DNA of 64,000 bases from Eledone cirrhosa (GCA_964016885.1 OZ024740.1:367288001-367352000), one strand, 5' to 3'; shown: positions 1 to 14,428, numbered from the stretch's first letter. Notes: generated by a model from the letters alone, not told the origin. Program-made: numbers and translations.

Positions 1-2170
1 TGAATTACATATACACAGTTTCCAATATCACCAATGTTCCTTCACACTGAACGAAACCCAGAACAGACTATCAGTCAACGGTTATAGAAAAAACAGGGAA
101 TAATTAGTACCATGAATATATAACCATGAAAGAAAATTAAAGAACCTAGTTATTGAAGAACATTCGAAACTCCTCGATGTCTACCAGACTAACAAAGAAA
201 ATTGATCGAGAATGGAGGTCGAAATCTTAATGCAAACAATGCTAAGTATTCCCCGAGCAAATACATCTTCCAGGCAGTATAATCTTACCAGTTTGTCAGG
301 ATGGGAGAAAAGCAAGATGACATATCTGTCTCTCAACAAACCACTTAAGAACTTTTCTCCTTGACTAAAAGGAAAGGAAAAAGGCTCCACTCCTATCAAC
401 ATAAAAAAAAACATCCCCAACAACAATTACCACGAAAACCCAAACAACATCGCCAAGAAAAGCAACAACAACGTCAACACCAATACCAGCAAAATCATCA
501 AATAAAACATCACACCGGCACCACCAAGACCAATACTGTTAGAACCAACACCCTCAGCAACAGCACCAGCACCTACGAAGACATGCCACTTCCACACGTC
601 AGACTTGAATGCTAACGAGTTTTAGGATTAGCAAACAGTCTGCCCCCAAAAAGTAAAAGAGAAAAAAAACCTCCCCGTCTTCGCCCTAAAAACGAGAGGG
701 TGATAGGATAAAAAATATATGAAAGCCTACATCCCCTCCACAACTGCCACCATAATTATGTACAACGCCAACCCCACTGGCATTAACCCCATAACAGACA
801 CCACGCACACTAACAACACCCCAAGAAAAATCTACCCCACACCCGCAACAAGAAAGAGATACAAATATCATACATTACATAGCAATTGACTCGAACAACA
901 TAACACTTTTAAATTAAAAGACAACACCACATCACACAAAACGATTTTACAAAACTAGAACAAATAGCAATACCCACAAACATACAAATAATAATAATAA
1001 CTCAGAAAACATTCACACATTTAAAAATTAAATTCCCAGGTTTGATTGGAGGCTTCAGAGGAACAATCTCCGAACGAATCTACACAGACATTTTGGCTCT
1101 TGAGCCACCTCCACCCCTGAAGGATGGAATTACTCCCCTTCTACCCTCAAATCTAAGGTAAGTGGCCTTTCCCACTTTCTCCTCCTCTAAATTGAACATG
1201 GTATCACTCAAGATAGACAGTGCGAATTCACGTGGCCTGGGGTCGTCCTGGAAGCAGGGCCTCCTGCTCAATGACTTCAGTTCACCGGACGTAGATGGGG
1301 TGGCCATTATTGAGGCCAGAGTTTCAGATACACGAAACTTCGCACCCATTTTTGGTGGCTACGAGGTGTACGCATCTCCGAGCCATGCGGGATCTGGAGG
1401 TGGATTTGCCGTGTTGTTCTGTAAAGGCCTGGATCTCGCAATACGGACCATCTTCCTGCACCCGAAGGATAAATTATTAGTGCTGTACATAACCATCAGA
1501 GAAGGGCACGGCTTCAGGCTAGTGACCATCTATGCTCCGACAGCGGCACGATGAACTGAGCTCGTCCGACGCTGGGAAATCTTTCTGGGAACGTCTCGCT
1601 CTTTAGTCTTAGTGAGCGACTGAAACGGTATCTTAGATGCACACTGCGACTGTGTGGGACAAGTGAATAGGAGAGAGGGTGTAAAAGCCTCGCAAACGTA
1701 CTCAGACGCTTCCAACATTTTGACACGTACCGACTGGATTTTGTGAATGCTCGAATACGGACATTGTTAGACCACATCGGGTCATCTAGATCGTATCTAG
1801 ATAGGATATTCTGTAGGGAATTAAACAAGCCTAGCATAGATTGTCCACAATTTAAGGTAGTCGAATACACAGACCGTAACGTTTTGACGTGTGTAATAAA
1901 TCTAAATAAGCTCCATAGGTAAGCACCCTGTTACTGAAAGCTGAACGCTTCATTCCCGACGCGTAACGCCTACAGAGACCGGATTAACGAATTAGTTATG
2001 TGGGCGTTGACGGGAGCAATCGTCAACATTTTGGCCAAGGTATTAGCAACGAGGCTGGTGCTTGTCATCAGTGGTCTGGGAGGTGCAGACATGTGCCATT
2101 TCCAAAAGATACATCATAGAGAGGGTGACTAAAAAAACTGACAGGCGTGGGGCACTAATCAACTGTGATA
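1..2170 (+). mobile_element. Decayed Tx1/L1-clade LINE: ORF1 tail, APE endonuclease and RT fragments
   Basis: ORF2 start at 1198 (MVSLKIDSANSRGLGSSWKQG...VAIIEARVS...FRLVTIYAPT) is an APE N-terminus homologous to 52584 and 58158. It is followed by the GDWNGIL-like and SRSYLDRIF motifs, then deleted RT pieces (ILAKVLATRL) near 2025-2170. Many stops and frameshifts. Confidence 0.85.
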
Positions 2171-2279
2171 ACTCCAAATGTTCGATAGGATCAAGGCGAC
2201 TAAGCGTGGCACTGTGAGGTGACGAGACTGGTCTAGTCAAATATGCGTGCATTTCTCCCAACTATTTGGACATGGGCAA

Positions 2280-2385
2280 CGAGAAATAAATTGTAATGCT
2301 CAAGAACACAACACGCCACCGGTAGTGGAACTCAGGATCGTATGATCAGGAGCCAAAAGCCCTAACCATTCAGACACACGTCCCT
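2280..2385 (-). mobile_element. Degenerate tRNA-derived (CORE-type) SINE
   Basis: gctcaagaacacaacacgcc...ccctaaccattcagacac resembles the better-preserved copy at 8040-8253. Confidence 0.5.
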
Positions 2386-2857
2386 ACCACACTACATCCA
2401 CAACTTCCTACAGAGAAACACACGCGCGCGCACATCTATAAATACTCATGCAGAGGCAGACAAAATTTAAAGCGACAAGGGCAATACCGATTCTTTTAAT
2501 ATAATGGTTTTCATCCTACTTTAGTATGTATTGTCCAGCTAATGTTGTGACGGACTTCATTGATATAGAAGCAAATTTATGAATTTGTTTCCGGATGAAG
2601 GAGTTTTACCTTTTATCTTTCAGTCATTATTCTTTGCATAATTCACGCATATCATAAAAAAGAAAAAAATTCTAAAAGATATTTATAATATAATATATCA
2701 ATGTTGTCATTTTCTTTATCTTCCCTTCCCATTTTGCTTCGTTCTTGCTACTGGCTATTTGAATATAAATAGGAATCGTGATGTTCTGCTTTCTTAAAAC
2801 TTCTACATAAAAATGCAATATAAACACACACGCACACACGCACACACACAGATAGAT

Positions 2858-3012
<155 letters not shown>

Positions 3013-3246
3013 GCTTATATAAGTCTTAATTTTCAAAGATTGTGGCAGTGTATATAATTCCTCAACTTCAATTTCTTAATTCTCCCTTTAAGGAAAGTGT
3101 AAATATTATTAATGCTTGGTAAACACTGATCTTTGCTGAGGGCGTTGCTTTACTACGTTTCTAAATGCAGTAGTTGATGTCCCATCAGATGAAGAAGTAG
3201 CTTTGTATGTGTTCCGACTCCTTCAAACCCTCACTACAGAGGCCAC

Positions 3247-3348
<102 letters not shown>

Positions 3349-3509
3349 TTAGTTATACTATTTATGGTTATGTAAACACAAAACCTTAAGCAGTTGTAAG
3401 TATTTTACACACACCCTAAATAGTGGTAGGCAGTAATGTATTACTACCTTATTACCAGTAAGTTAAGTAGCTCAATGTAAAAACATCAGATGATTTACAG
3501 AGCAGTTAT

Positions 3510-5813
3510 ATGAATACTAACAATTTTGACTCCTTCGGCTTTAAAACCTTTAAAAGCCCCCCTCATAACACTCTACTTAACTCCTTTGAAAATGACCTAG
3601 TTAAACTAGTTAAGAACATTAAATACAATAAGCACCATATTAGAAGCAACACCTTCTTAAACAAACTTAACACTTCTATTAGTGGATTCAAAACTAGTAA
3701 TAAAATTATTGTACACGCAGATAAAACTAATAACATATACAGCCTAGATTATATTACTTATAGAAAGTTTATATATAATGAACTACATAAAAGCTACAAA
3801 AAAACCACCTTGAAAAACTTAGAAGATATTAATGTAGAGGGTTATAATATAGTGTCTAAACTAGGACTACAGAGGCATACACAACCTTTCACTCCGAACC
3901 CCCCTAGATTCTCTCTGAAGGACCATAAGGAGAACTTCATCAGCAACCCCACGATAAGACTTATCTGCCCTTCCAAGTCCGACATTGGTATTATCAGCAA
4001 GAAGATTTTGGATAAAATCATCCCACAAATTAAACACAAGATACACCTTAAACAATGGGGAAATACGGGTGAAGTAATTGAATGGTTTAAGGATATCAAG
4101 AATAATAAGAACAAAAAATTTATTCAATTTGATATCAATTCATACTACACCTCTATTTCCCCTATCCTATTAAATAAGGCACTTATCATGGCCATGACCA
4201 ATAGCGACCTGACTAGAGCCCAGGTTGATGTCATCCTTGCGGCCCGTAAAACCATAATCACCTTCGAGGACCAACTATGGACACGCAAGGATACGCACAA
4301 CAACTTCGACATAACCATGGGATCTAGTGACTCGGCGCAGGTCACTGATTTGGTCGGCCTATACCTCCTCAATGAAATCCATAAAGACCTCCCTTACCTC
4401 AACGGTGGTTTGTACCGCGATGATGCACTTCTACTCATAGAATATAAAAAATTTAATATAGAAAGAACTAGAAAACAACTGCATAAGACATTCAAAAACT
4501 TTAACCTTAGTATCACCATGGACAAAAACACTAAAAATGTTAACTTCCTAGACGCCACACTATACCTAGACTCAAAAATATATACACCTTTCCATAAGCC
4601 TAATGAGAAACTTATTTACGTAGATACCAAGTCTAATCACCCTAGATCAATATTAAACTCTATCTCTAAGGGGGTGTCCAATAGAATCTCTAGTCTGTCC
4701 TATGACGCAAACATATTTAGCAAAAACTCACAATATTACAATCAAGCATTAGCTAGCTTCGGCCATAATATAGAAATAGAGTTCCTACCTAAGAAAACAC
4801 ATAGCTACAACATCATCTCGCACAACATGTCCATGAGGAAATCTAATAATAGGAATAGCAACCACAAGTACACCAAAGCGGAGGGTGCCACCGGAAGTAA
4901 CCATTACCATGGAAACTACTGTGAGGCCTTAGGAGGAAGCAACACATCAAACACTAAAAGCAAAAATAGAAGAAGAAATAATACATTTTTCAACCCTCCT
5001 TTCAACCTAAATGTCTCCACCAACATACCTAGGGCTTTCTTCTCACTACTAGATAAAAACTTCCCTCTAGGACACAAGTACCACAACCTCTTAAACAAAA
5101 ACACCATTAAAATCTCATACTCTACGACGCCTAACTTAGCATACCACATAGCTAGCAGCAATAATAGTAAAATTAGTTCTTACTTCCAACAAACAAAATC
5201 ACGACGGGATGCAAACCCTCTAAATACCACTGTAGCAAGCAACAATAGCAACGGCAGTAACAATAGAAATAACACTAGTATAAGTAATAACACCAGGGTT
5301 GTCAACCTGAACACCCAAAATCCTATATCCACCACACAGACTTCCGCATTGCATTATAACCAGCGGACTAACGCACAGAATAATTGTAACTGTAGAGCTA
5401 ATAGAACCTGCCCCTTAGATAAAAAATGCCTAACCAAGGATGTCATATACTCATGCACAGTCACGACTAATAACTCTTCAGAAACCTATGTAGGCTCCAC
5501 TTCTAACTGCTTCAAAATTAGATATAACTCGCACATCCACTCGTTCAAAAAGCACAGCCTAGCCAACTCCACCTCACTTTCTAGCTACATACACTATCTA
5601 AAATCTAAAAATAAACCATACACACTCAAATGGGAAGTGATAGGCAGCGCGACCTCGTACAAACCACCTAATAAATTCTGTAACCTCTGTATACTAGAGA
5701 CACACAATATTATCTTCTCCAACCGTAACCTACTTAACAAAAAATCTGAGGTGTTTGCAACTTGCCAACACCGCCTCAGACATTCCTTCCAAAACTTTAA
5801 GCCCTATATATAG
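3510..5813 (+). CDS. PLE polyprotein: reverse transcriptase + C-terminal GIY-YIG endonuclease, probably N-terminally truncated
   Basis: RT motifs FIQFDINSYYTSI, TMGSSDSAQVTDLVGLYLL, GLYRDD, VNFLD and the SNHP thumb. FFNPP linker, CNC..CPL..C zinc motif, VIY..TYVGST..FK.R...H GIY-YIG core, and CNLC..E..LNKKSE..C.H tail. Confidence 0.93.
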   Translation: MNTNNFDSFGFKTFKSPPHNTLLNSFENDLVKLVKNIKYNKHHIRSNTFLNKLNTSISGFKTSNKIIVHADKTNNIYSLDYITYRKFIYNELHKSYKKTTLKNLEDINVEGYNIVSKLGLQRHTQPFTPNPPRFSLKDHKENFISNPTIRLICPSKSDIGIISKKILDKIIPQIKHKIHLKQWGNTGEVIEWFKDIKNNKNKKFIQFDINSYYTSISPILLNKALIMAMTNSDLTRAQVDVILAARKTIITFEDQLWTRKDTHNNFDITMGSSDSAQVTDLVGLYLLNEIHKDLPYLNGGLYRDDALLLIEYKKFNIERTRKQLHKTFKNFNLSITMDKNTKNVNFLDATLYLDSKIYTPFHKPNEKLIYVDTKSNHPRSILNSISKGVSNRISSLSYDANIFSKNSQYYNQALASFGHNIEIEFLPKKTHSYNIISHNMSMRKSNNRNSNHKYTKAEGATGSNHYHGNYCEALGGSNTSNTKSKNRRRNNTFFNPPFNLNVSTNIPRAFFSLLDKNFPLGHKYHNLLNKNTIKISYSTTPNLAYHIASSNNSKISSYFQQTKSRRDANPLNTTVASNNSNGSNNRNNTSISNNTRVVNLNTQNPISTTQTSALHYNQRTNAQNNCNCRANRTCPLDKKCLTKDVIYSCTVTTNNSSETYVGSTSNCFKIRYNSHIHSFKKHSLANSTSLSSYIHYLKSKNKPYTLKWEVIGSATSYKPPNKFCNLCILETHNIIFSNRNLLNKKSEVFATCQHRLRHSFQNFKPYI

Positions 5814-7253
5814 CAATGTCGGACTGGAACCTAACACCACATCTAGCATCAAACACCAGAGACACACCCTATACTACATACCCAACACTAGCTGATCCAT
5901 TATAACACAAACAACGACATCCCTCTGGAACCCTTCGCAGGGAAAATACCCATTTATACCTCTACGGCAGGTGTGACAACATCCACCCACCTGGACGGCA
6001 CTACACCGCTCTAAGGGTAATTTGAGCATGAATTGATCGGTTGGATGGTGTTGGGCAGAGGAAACACCTTCCTTAGACAGATGTAAAATGATTTAATCGA
6101 GTAGCGCTGTTGACCAGTAGGACCGGGCTGCTGAGCGCAGTGAGTGAATGCAATGCAACTGCCGTGCGGGTTGTACGTATATGGATGATCTGACGGTCAG
6201 AGAGGGGTCGCGAGGACTGCGGATTGACCTTTGGCCTGCCTGGGGACGATTATCTTTCGACATCCAATGTAGCAAGCGATGACCCAGATCTTACCAGAGA
6301 TCATTGGGTCCTGAAGCAATCCTGCAATCACCGCGCCTGGTCATATGAGCAGACTACAACCACAGAGATCATTAATTTAGAATCCTCGCTCATCATCTAT
6401 AATTTCCATTTGTAGCACCTTAAGATGGGTTAATCCACCTTAATAATAATATGATCACCTTCAGCATAATTTAGTTAAACTACTCTATAGTTAGTGCACT
6501 TTATGCTTTAAAAGTCTCTCTTGGAAGGTGCACCTCACCATAGAATTTAGGGTCCATATTGGGACACATTTTAATGGCTAGATATAGAAACCCCAGAGTT
6601 ACCTCCCCGCATGCATTAACTCCCCTTAGCCACACACACACTTCCGGTATTCAATGGCGTCTCTCGAAACGTAACAACCTCCTGTATCGAACTAAAGAAC
6701 ACCAGACTACGATCTCTAACTGGATTGTCGTGGATTATGTGAAAGGCATATAATCGAAATATACACTCCCTTGACCATGAAAATGCCGAAGTACATGAAT
6801 TACTTGACATCCCTGCGTTGTGCATCTCCAATACTTATAACACTTTTAATGCTTGCACTATCTTTAATACTTATAATATTTCTCCACACACAGACTACAT
6901 CAATCATATAAAGACTTTGCCACCAGATCTACCAACCTAACACTCTTATTTACCTACCTAAGTGCCTCTACCACACATATCTCTCTGCCACACTATATAA
7001 ACAAGACGCACATGCGTGCCACACATATAACATTTGCACTATATAACCACTTATCTTCATGTTGTACTTTAACCTATATCTTTGATTTTTGATTGTACCT
7101 ATTAATATAAATGTAATCTCGAAGTGTGTACTGCCACTCTAAATTTTGTAATGAATGTTGACCCACAATGTTTGAATATGTATCAATGTTTGAATATGTA
7201 TTGGTATGTCTCTCGGCTGAAAAGGAGGTCATATAACTGTCCATGCATTAATA

Positions 7254-7308
7254 AATTGCTCCGAAGAATCCAAACCTCGGTTTGGAGGAAACAGCTGTAA
7301 GCACAATA
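7254..7308 (+). ncRNA. Type I hammerhead ribozyme in the PLE terminus (CCGAAGA core variant)
   Basis: attgct-CCGAAGA-a-tccaaacc(tc)ggtttgga-g-GAAAC-AGCT-GTA-agcacaat: stem I, 8-bp stem II, palindromic stem III ACAGCTGT, GUA cleavage triplet. Confidence 0.8.
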
Positions 7309-7377
7309 ATGTTTTGAACAGTTCTTTGATTCTTATATTTCATATATTTCATATATTTCATATTTCATATATTTCAT

Positions 7378-7450
<73 letters not shown>

Positions 7451-7625
7451 GGCAAATGTTTAACCCCGACGGCAGAGCTCAAGCCGCTTCGACGGCTATT
7501 TCTGGAAATAGCTTGAACTATGCCGTCGGGGTTAAACATTTTCCTATTACGCACTGTACTACCCTAAGTATTAAGTACCCTGGTGCGTTATGGTCCATCT
7601 GGTTCCTTACCAACTTTCTTCGTTA
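7451..7625 (+). repeat. Fold-back repeat carrying the 3' half of an HHR (same family as 27693-27886 and 45645-45790)
   Basis: Palindrome at ~7455-7541 plus the shared tail ccctaagtattaagtac..tggtgcgttatggtccatctggttccttacc, flanked by (TA)n. Confidence 0.7.
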
Positions 7626-7644
7626 TATATTATACATATATAAG

Positions 7645-7759
7645 TCTACATAAATAAAATAAAATAAAAATGGCGTAGACATTACACTACAATACAATAG
7701 GAGGAAACATAATAGTACCACTGATGATGTTGCAGATGTGCGACGAAAGAACTTTGATG

Positions 7760-7797
<38 letters not shown>

Positions 7798-7952
7798 CTG
7801 TATTTTTAACCTCTGGTCAATCAATGATAAACAATGATTGCCAAATAAATTAACTATGGAGTTATAAAAGATACAGAAGCGAAAACCAACCAAACAGTGA
7901 GTGTGTTCTGTTATTATTCCTGGCAATATTATAACAATATGACACTCCCCAA

Positions 7953-7955
<3 letters not shown>
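7645..7955 (+). mobile_element. Solo PLE pseudo-LTR fragment homologous to 31170-31470, with an HHR core
   Basis: CTGATGA(7721)-t-gttgca(gatg)tgcgac-GAAA. Colinear with 31170-31470 up to ..ctccccaagtat. Confidence 0.8.
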
Positions 7956-7996
<41 letters not shown>

Positions 7997-8039
7997 ATGT
8001 GTGTGTGTGTATGTGTGAGTGTGTGTATGTATATATATA

Positions 8040-8253
8040 GTCGATCGACTTTCGTCAAATCGGACCTAGGAAACAATGTTTCCGTTGGTCTTTCCAATTG
8101 CTAATAATCTCTATCGGTGGCAACTCCAGGTAGAAGGAGCAACGTGAAATAAAGTGTCTTGCTCAAGGACATAACGCATCGCCTGGTCCGATAATCGAGC
8201 TCTCAACCTCACGATTGCGAATCCAATTCTCTAACCACTCAGCCACGCGCCTT
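8040..8253 (-). mobile_element. tRNA-derived CORE-type SINE
   Basis: Minus strand reads A-box TGGCTGAGTGG, a degenerate B-box, then GTCCTTGAGCAAGACACTT (CORE-like). Confidence 0.7.
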
Positions 8254-8254
8254 C

Positions 8255-8604
<350 letters not shown>

Positions 8605-9157
8605 TTATGCACAACATTTGGTTAAATTCACATTTTCACTTGTTGTATACGCGCGTTTCGTTGGAGAATAATTTCTAATATTTAATTTTGTGAGGGAGCA
8701 CTAATTGCGTCGTTCGATCTGCTAAACACCTCAGCCAAATCTCTGTATAGTTACACATTCCTGATTTCTATGCTGACAACGACGAAACTAAATTAAATTA
8801 AGGGTACGAATAAAAAAATGTTTCGCTGAATACAAACAATAGAAATACGAACATTCACGTATGTGGCTTTCATGTCTAGTATTTAATGCCGAATGGAAGT
8901 ACCATAGAAAGCAATAGGTAGAATTATGGTGTCAAGATGTACAAGTCACGATGAAGGAGAATGAGCCGATGTATTTCCATGGGTACGGCAGAAACCTGAA
9001 ATGGAAATTAACCATATAGGCTGCATATTGATAGCGATATATTAATGTTTTGGTATTTATCTTAGATTGAAAAACGTGGTAGTTGAGTTACGCAGATATA
9101 TATCAAATCGTAATCACGTTTGCTCTATTATGTTATACACACACACACACACACACG

Positions 9158-9193
<36 letters not shown>

Positions 9194-9368
9194 ACGCACA
9201 CGCACACACACACACACACACACATACACACACACACACATACACACATAAACACACATACACAGACATATATATATATATATATATATTGCCACAATAA
9301 CTTCTATACTTTTCATTTATATATATATAATATATATATATATATAATATATATATATTATAATATAT

Positions 9369-9433
<65 letters not shown>

Positions 9434-9823
9434 CGTATTGTATTTAGAAAGTAAATACTTAGCACAAAAGAACATTCTGCTATTCTAAGATTGACACATA
9501 AATAACAATAACAATGTAAGCATCAAATATATATAATACTATATGAGAAAAAGAAAAGTTTTGATAGAAATAAAATGTAGTGTTAAAGAATTATCGGAAT
9601 ACATTAGTTAAGAAAATGAATGGTTGCAAATCTCAGTCAGTAACTAAGAACTATTTATATAAATCTTTTAGGAAAAAATCGGATTTATAGAGAAAAGGCA
9701 TAGTGAGATTGATGGTTAAACAAATAGAAAGATAGAAAATAGATTAAGAGACAGACCACTAGATACAAAACCAGACAGTAGATAGACAGATGGAGAGACA
9801 TTTAGATCGACACCCCCGTATAT

Positions 9824-9900
<77 letters not shown>

Positions 9901-9961
9901 ATGTGTGTGTGTGTGTGTTTGTGTATATGTGTGTGGTTGAGTGTGTATATAAATATATATA

Positions 9962-10003
<42 letters not shown>

Positions 10004-10149
10004 GTTATGTGTGTATATAAATATATACATATACATATATATATATATGTATATCTTTGTGTGTATGTGTATGTGTGTGTATGTATATATGTGCTTGCAA
10101 ATGTGTGTATGTTTAGACTATGATGTACATATAAAATAGATTCAAAACG

Positions 10150-10452
10150 TGTAAATATAATTGTTTCTAGTTTAGGCACAATGCCAGCAATAACTCAGTG
10201 CATTACTGGTACTTTTATTTTATCGACCCCGTAAGGATGAAAGACAAAGTCAACCTCGGCGGGATTTGGACTCAGATCGTAAAGGGACGTAACTATGCTG
10301 GAAAGCATGGAGTCCGACCCTCTACCGATACTGCCAATCCACCGTAAATATAATTGTTTCTACTTTAGGCACAAGGCCAGCAATTATCCAGTGCATTACT
10401 GGTACTTTATTTTATCGACCCCGTAAGGATGAAAGGCAAAGTCAACTTTGCC
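10150..10452 (-). mobile_element. tRNA-derived SINE with a Meta-like central domain: one full copy plus a tandem partial copy
   Basis: Minus strand reads GAGT(C)CAAATCCCGCC B-box then GCCTTTCATCCTTACGGGGTCGATAAAATAAAGTACCAG. The 3' part is duplicated at 10345-10452. Confidence 0.8.
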
Positions 10453-10618
10453 TTGTTTCACTTGTGCCACTTAAGGTTTGTCTATCAATAACAACACCAC
10501 TGCGATGTAGTTAAGTACAGAATCAAATGGTAAAAACATTAACAACTTTGTTTTCAACAACAGTTCGATAGGTACATCTTATATATACACACACATCTTA
10601 TATATACACACACACACA

Positions 10619-10703
<85 letters not shown>

Positions 10704-11134
10704 GTATGAGGCGGTTGTGTGGGTGTGTGCATGTATACGTGTCTGTGTGGGTGTACGTATTGTATTACAATCGATATAATCGTCTGCAAGTGATATCACC
10801 AGTGAGAGACGGACATAGAAAGATCGACACAGCTAAGTATAAACACGAAAATAAATTTAGAGAGATACATCTAGTCCGAGCAGAGAGTAGTGAGTGTATT
10901 AGGAAGCGAAATGAGTATAAGAAGGGATTCACTTAATAACCAGATCAGATTATAACTTTCTTTTTAGAATGTACTTTGAGAAATAGATGTCTCAGCAAAA
11001 ATGATAGAGCTGCAAATGAATTGAATATAAATAAACCAACACTTCGAAGTAACAACCATTCTCTTTCGTAAGAAATTACAACACTTATAGTTTCACATCT
11101 TCAGTTAATATTTAGTTGTGTTTAATCCTACTAT

Positions 11135-11345
11135 ATGGGAGTAACGATAGAGCGTCGGACAGCATGCTTCGCAGCAGAGAGTTACGGCCCTTTAAGTTCT
11201 GAGTTAAAACCCCACCGAGGTTAGCTTTGCTTTTTCCTCTTTACGGGATCGATAAAATAAAGTACCAGTAACACACTTAGGTCGCGTTGATCGACTTTGC
11301 CCTCCTCCAAAATTGTTGGCTCTGTGCCTAAATCTGAAATCATTA
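11135..11345 (+). mobile_element. tRNA-derived Meta-like SINE
   Basis: ctgagttaaaaccccaccgagg..gatcgataaaataaagtaccag. Confidence 0.75.
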
Positions 11346-12599
11346 TTATATCGGACATCGGATAAACTGGGCCAAATCTGAGCTAATATTTTTTACTACC
11401 TCTGAAATCCTTGTGCACAAAGTGATGTAAGTGCATATATACTGGGTGTACTAATGAGTATTGTACACACATCAATAATAGTAACCTATCACGGACATTA
11501 ACCTATCACAATAAATTAATCGAGTATCATAATGGAAAGCTATTGTTTCAATTCCCTGCTATGAAATATTGCAGCAGCTATTCTGACAGAACTCTACTCA
11601 CATTAAAGGTCGTTGTATCATGATGGTGAATGGTACGATAGTATGATGGTGACAAAAATATTAATCGAAGCAGAGTAATATCTTACCAGTACTCACCCTA
11701 CAATCATTCACTTTTACATTTCGCTCTCAAAAATATACCCTTTATTTCTAGGACTTCAGCATCCCGCCCTTTAATTCACCTGCTATTTAAATTCCTTTAC
11801 ATCTCCATCTTTCGCTTATTGTCGCTTATTGTAATCTTAATTCAGTTTGTAAATATAACATTTCTCGTATTGGCGTTCATGTTCTCTTCCAGCAAACATT
11901 ACGCTTTTGTTTCGAGTAGCTGTATGTATAAATTCGTTGAAAGTTATTTAACTGAAAAACATTTTCTTTGTAAAAACATGATCTTTTCTTACAAAATTGT
12001 TTTAACCTGGACATGATCTTTACTAATATACATTTTGAAAGAAATATCGCGTTATGTCAAAGAACCCTAATATTTATTTGTTCATATTCGAGATATACGT
12101 ACGCCATAATTGTGGGTTCAGAACAATAGCATCTTGCACACTATGTTATACCCATCATGCGCCACACAATATAACTTGGTTAGCTCTACAATTTTCGTTG
12201 ATATTTCTGTGATAATGCAACTTTCCTGTATAGTTGAAAAGAAGAGCAATAATCAAAAGAAGAAAATGTGGACTTATCCATATATCAGAAGCGATAACTT
12301 GTATATATATATTTGCGTTAATGTTTGCTTTTACTGTATCTAACCACATTGAAGTGTTTTGGTGGTTTTATTCACGCTAGTCAACAATTTGGAACGTTTC
12401 TCAAACTTGTACGAGGATTGGGTTGGGTAACAAGAGATGCGTTCAGGAAATGGGAAGAATGGCCTGTTCAAAAAATATATTGGAGTCTCCATTCAAATCT
12501 CCAAGAACTGGCGATGTGCCTGCGACTACTCTTGGGAAGTCTGAGAAGGATTCACAAAGGTTGCGTATCCAGAAACACCAAGGAGAATTCAGAAGGGAC

Positions 12600-13860
12600 C
12601 AAACCTTAACAATTGGCAAATGGAAATTTACAACCCTTACAGGTAGGGAGCAGTCATTGATGGAAGAGGCCAGATGATAGCGGCTGGGTATAATCGGGGT
12701 TTCCTAAAAAACGATATGTGGCTCTTGCACTCTAAATGTTAATAGAGGATGGAAACTCCACCTACTATTCAGGGGATGGGGCTAGAAATGACTGTCCAGG
12801 ATGGGAAGATTGTCTCTTGACGCTTATGCTAAAAAAGGTTTCTATGGGAAGTACTAGACAAATAGAGAACCCGAATACAGATCCTTCCTTGATGATGTCC
12901 TTGCGGCGTTAAATGTATTAAGACTGAGTCATATATTCTGATGGGAGACTTCGACGCACATGTTGGCACTGACCACCTGACATGAAAACGGATAATTGGA
13001 AGGAACGGCGATCCCGATTAAAATATGAATGGAGTTGCCTTATTAGAATCTCTACCAGGAATGGACGCTCTATAATGAACAACTTCACCAGTAGAGAGAC
13101 ATTGATATATATACATTTTATAAGGAAAATTGGAAACAGACATCGATAATTGATTTGTTATTATCTCTGATCTCTTAAATTCTGTGCTGGATGACATCGT
13201 AAGTGAGGGGTGGAGGTGCAAACTTATCACCATCTAATTATCTACAAAGTGAGACAACCAAAAACGGGAATACCCACAAAATTGGCAAATCTAGATGGAG
13301 CTGCAGGATAAAGTGAGAAGGGTTGGCTGATATGGAGTTCAAGACCAGGTCTGCTGCAAATAATATTGCAACGAAATTCAGACAACTCTCTGAGCAAATT
13401 GGGGATGTTGAAACAGAATAGAAACTTTTCGGCCCGGCAGTTTCTGCTTCAGCTGGTAAATACCACAGCCGGTTGGCCGAATCTCTGGAAAAGGACCTAA
13501 GCGATGACAATCGAGAGTTATAATCCCAATTTTCAAAAACAAAGACACGAAATATTGCTCAAAATATACAGCGATCTCCTTGTTAAGCCTTCCGGCAAAT
13601 CTATGCTAAGTGTCTGGAAAAGAGATGGAGGTTAATTGTCGTGGCCAACCTAGCTAACGAATTATGGGGTTTTTGCCCCGGACGCACCACAGCTGACTAA
13701 ATATTCGGCAGCTGTCCAAATACTGCGACAGGTCTTAGAATAATCGTGGGAGTAATACCAATAGGTGCATGCTTGTTTCATAGACATGGAAAATGCATAT
13801 GACAATGTTCCGTGGGAACTGTTGGAGAAGCTTCTGCAAAAGCAATTACTGTTAGTCAGT
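12600..13860 (+). mobile_element. Highly decayed RTE-clade LINE (APE + RT remnants)
   Basis: IGKWKFTTLTGREQ (12611), LMGDFDAHVG (~12938), SLL..GKIYAKCLEKR-like (~13575), GFCPGRTTAD*IF (~13667), ACFIDMENAYDNVP (~13770). Confidence 0.75.
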
Positions 13861-14065
13861 CATTCACAGGGTAGTCTCCGGAAAAAGTGGTTAGTTTAAT
13901 AGGAATATATAATTGAATGTTTTTGATAAACTAAAAGGTTTCCACGAGTCTTTCTAGAATATCCTCTAAATCAATGCCCATGAAAGGAGGACCAACAGCG
14001 ACTATTACCATGCAATTTTACCATCCCATGAAACATAAAGTTGCGTAGTAATTTTTCGAGTGTAC

Positions 14066-14110
<45 letters not shown>

Positions 14111-14428
14111 GTGTCCCAACGACTTTTTTTAGCCGTTGCTCGCACCAACCGGAGGTATATGGTCTTTAAAGCGATGAAATGCCTATGATGGTTGGAAGAT
14201 CACTGATGAAGGACAAACCTTTTTCATATGTAACCCATTTGCAACTCCGCAGCGCCCTTATTATCATATATATATATAACTTAGGTGGTGGAATAGATTT
14301 CTTAGATAATCTATTGCCTTACAATTATTTCAATACGCCAAACCAATCATACAATCCCAGGACAATTTAATAAAACGAAAGAATATATATTGAACAAGAC
14401 AGTGAGAGAGGAAAGAGAGAGAGAGAGT

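Noticed and set aside
14195-14240. CTGATGA-agg(acaaa)cct resembling an HHR 5' half between TA tracts
   Set aside because: No GAAA or stem III follows, so a ribozyme cannot be supported
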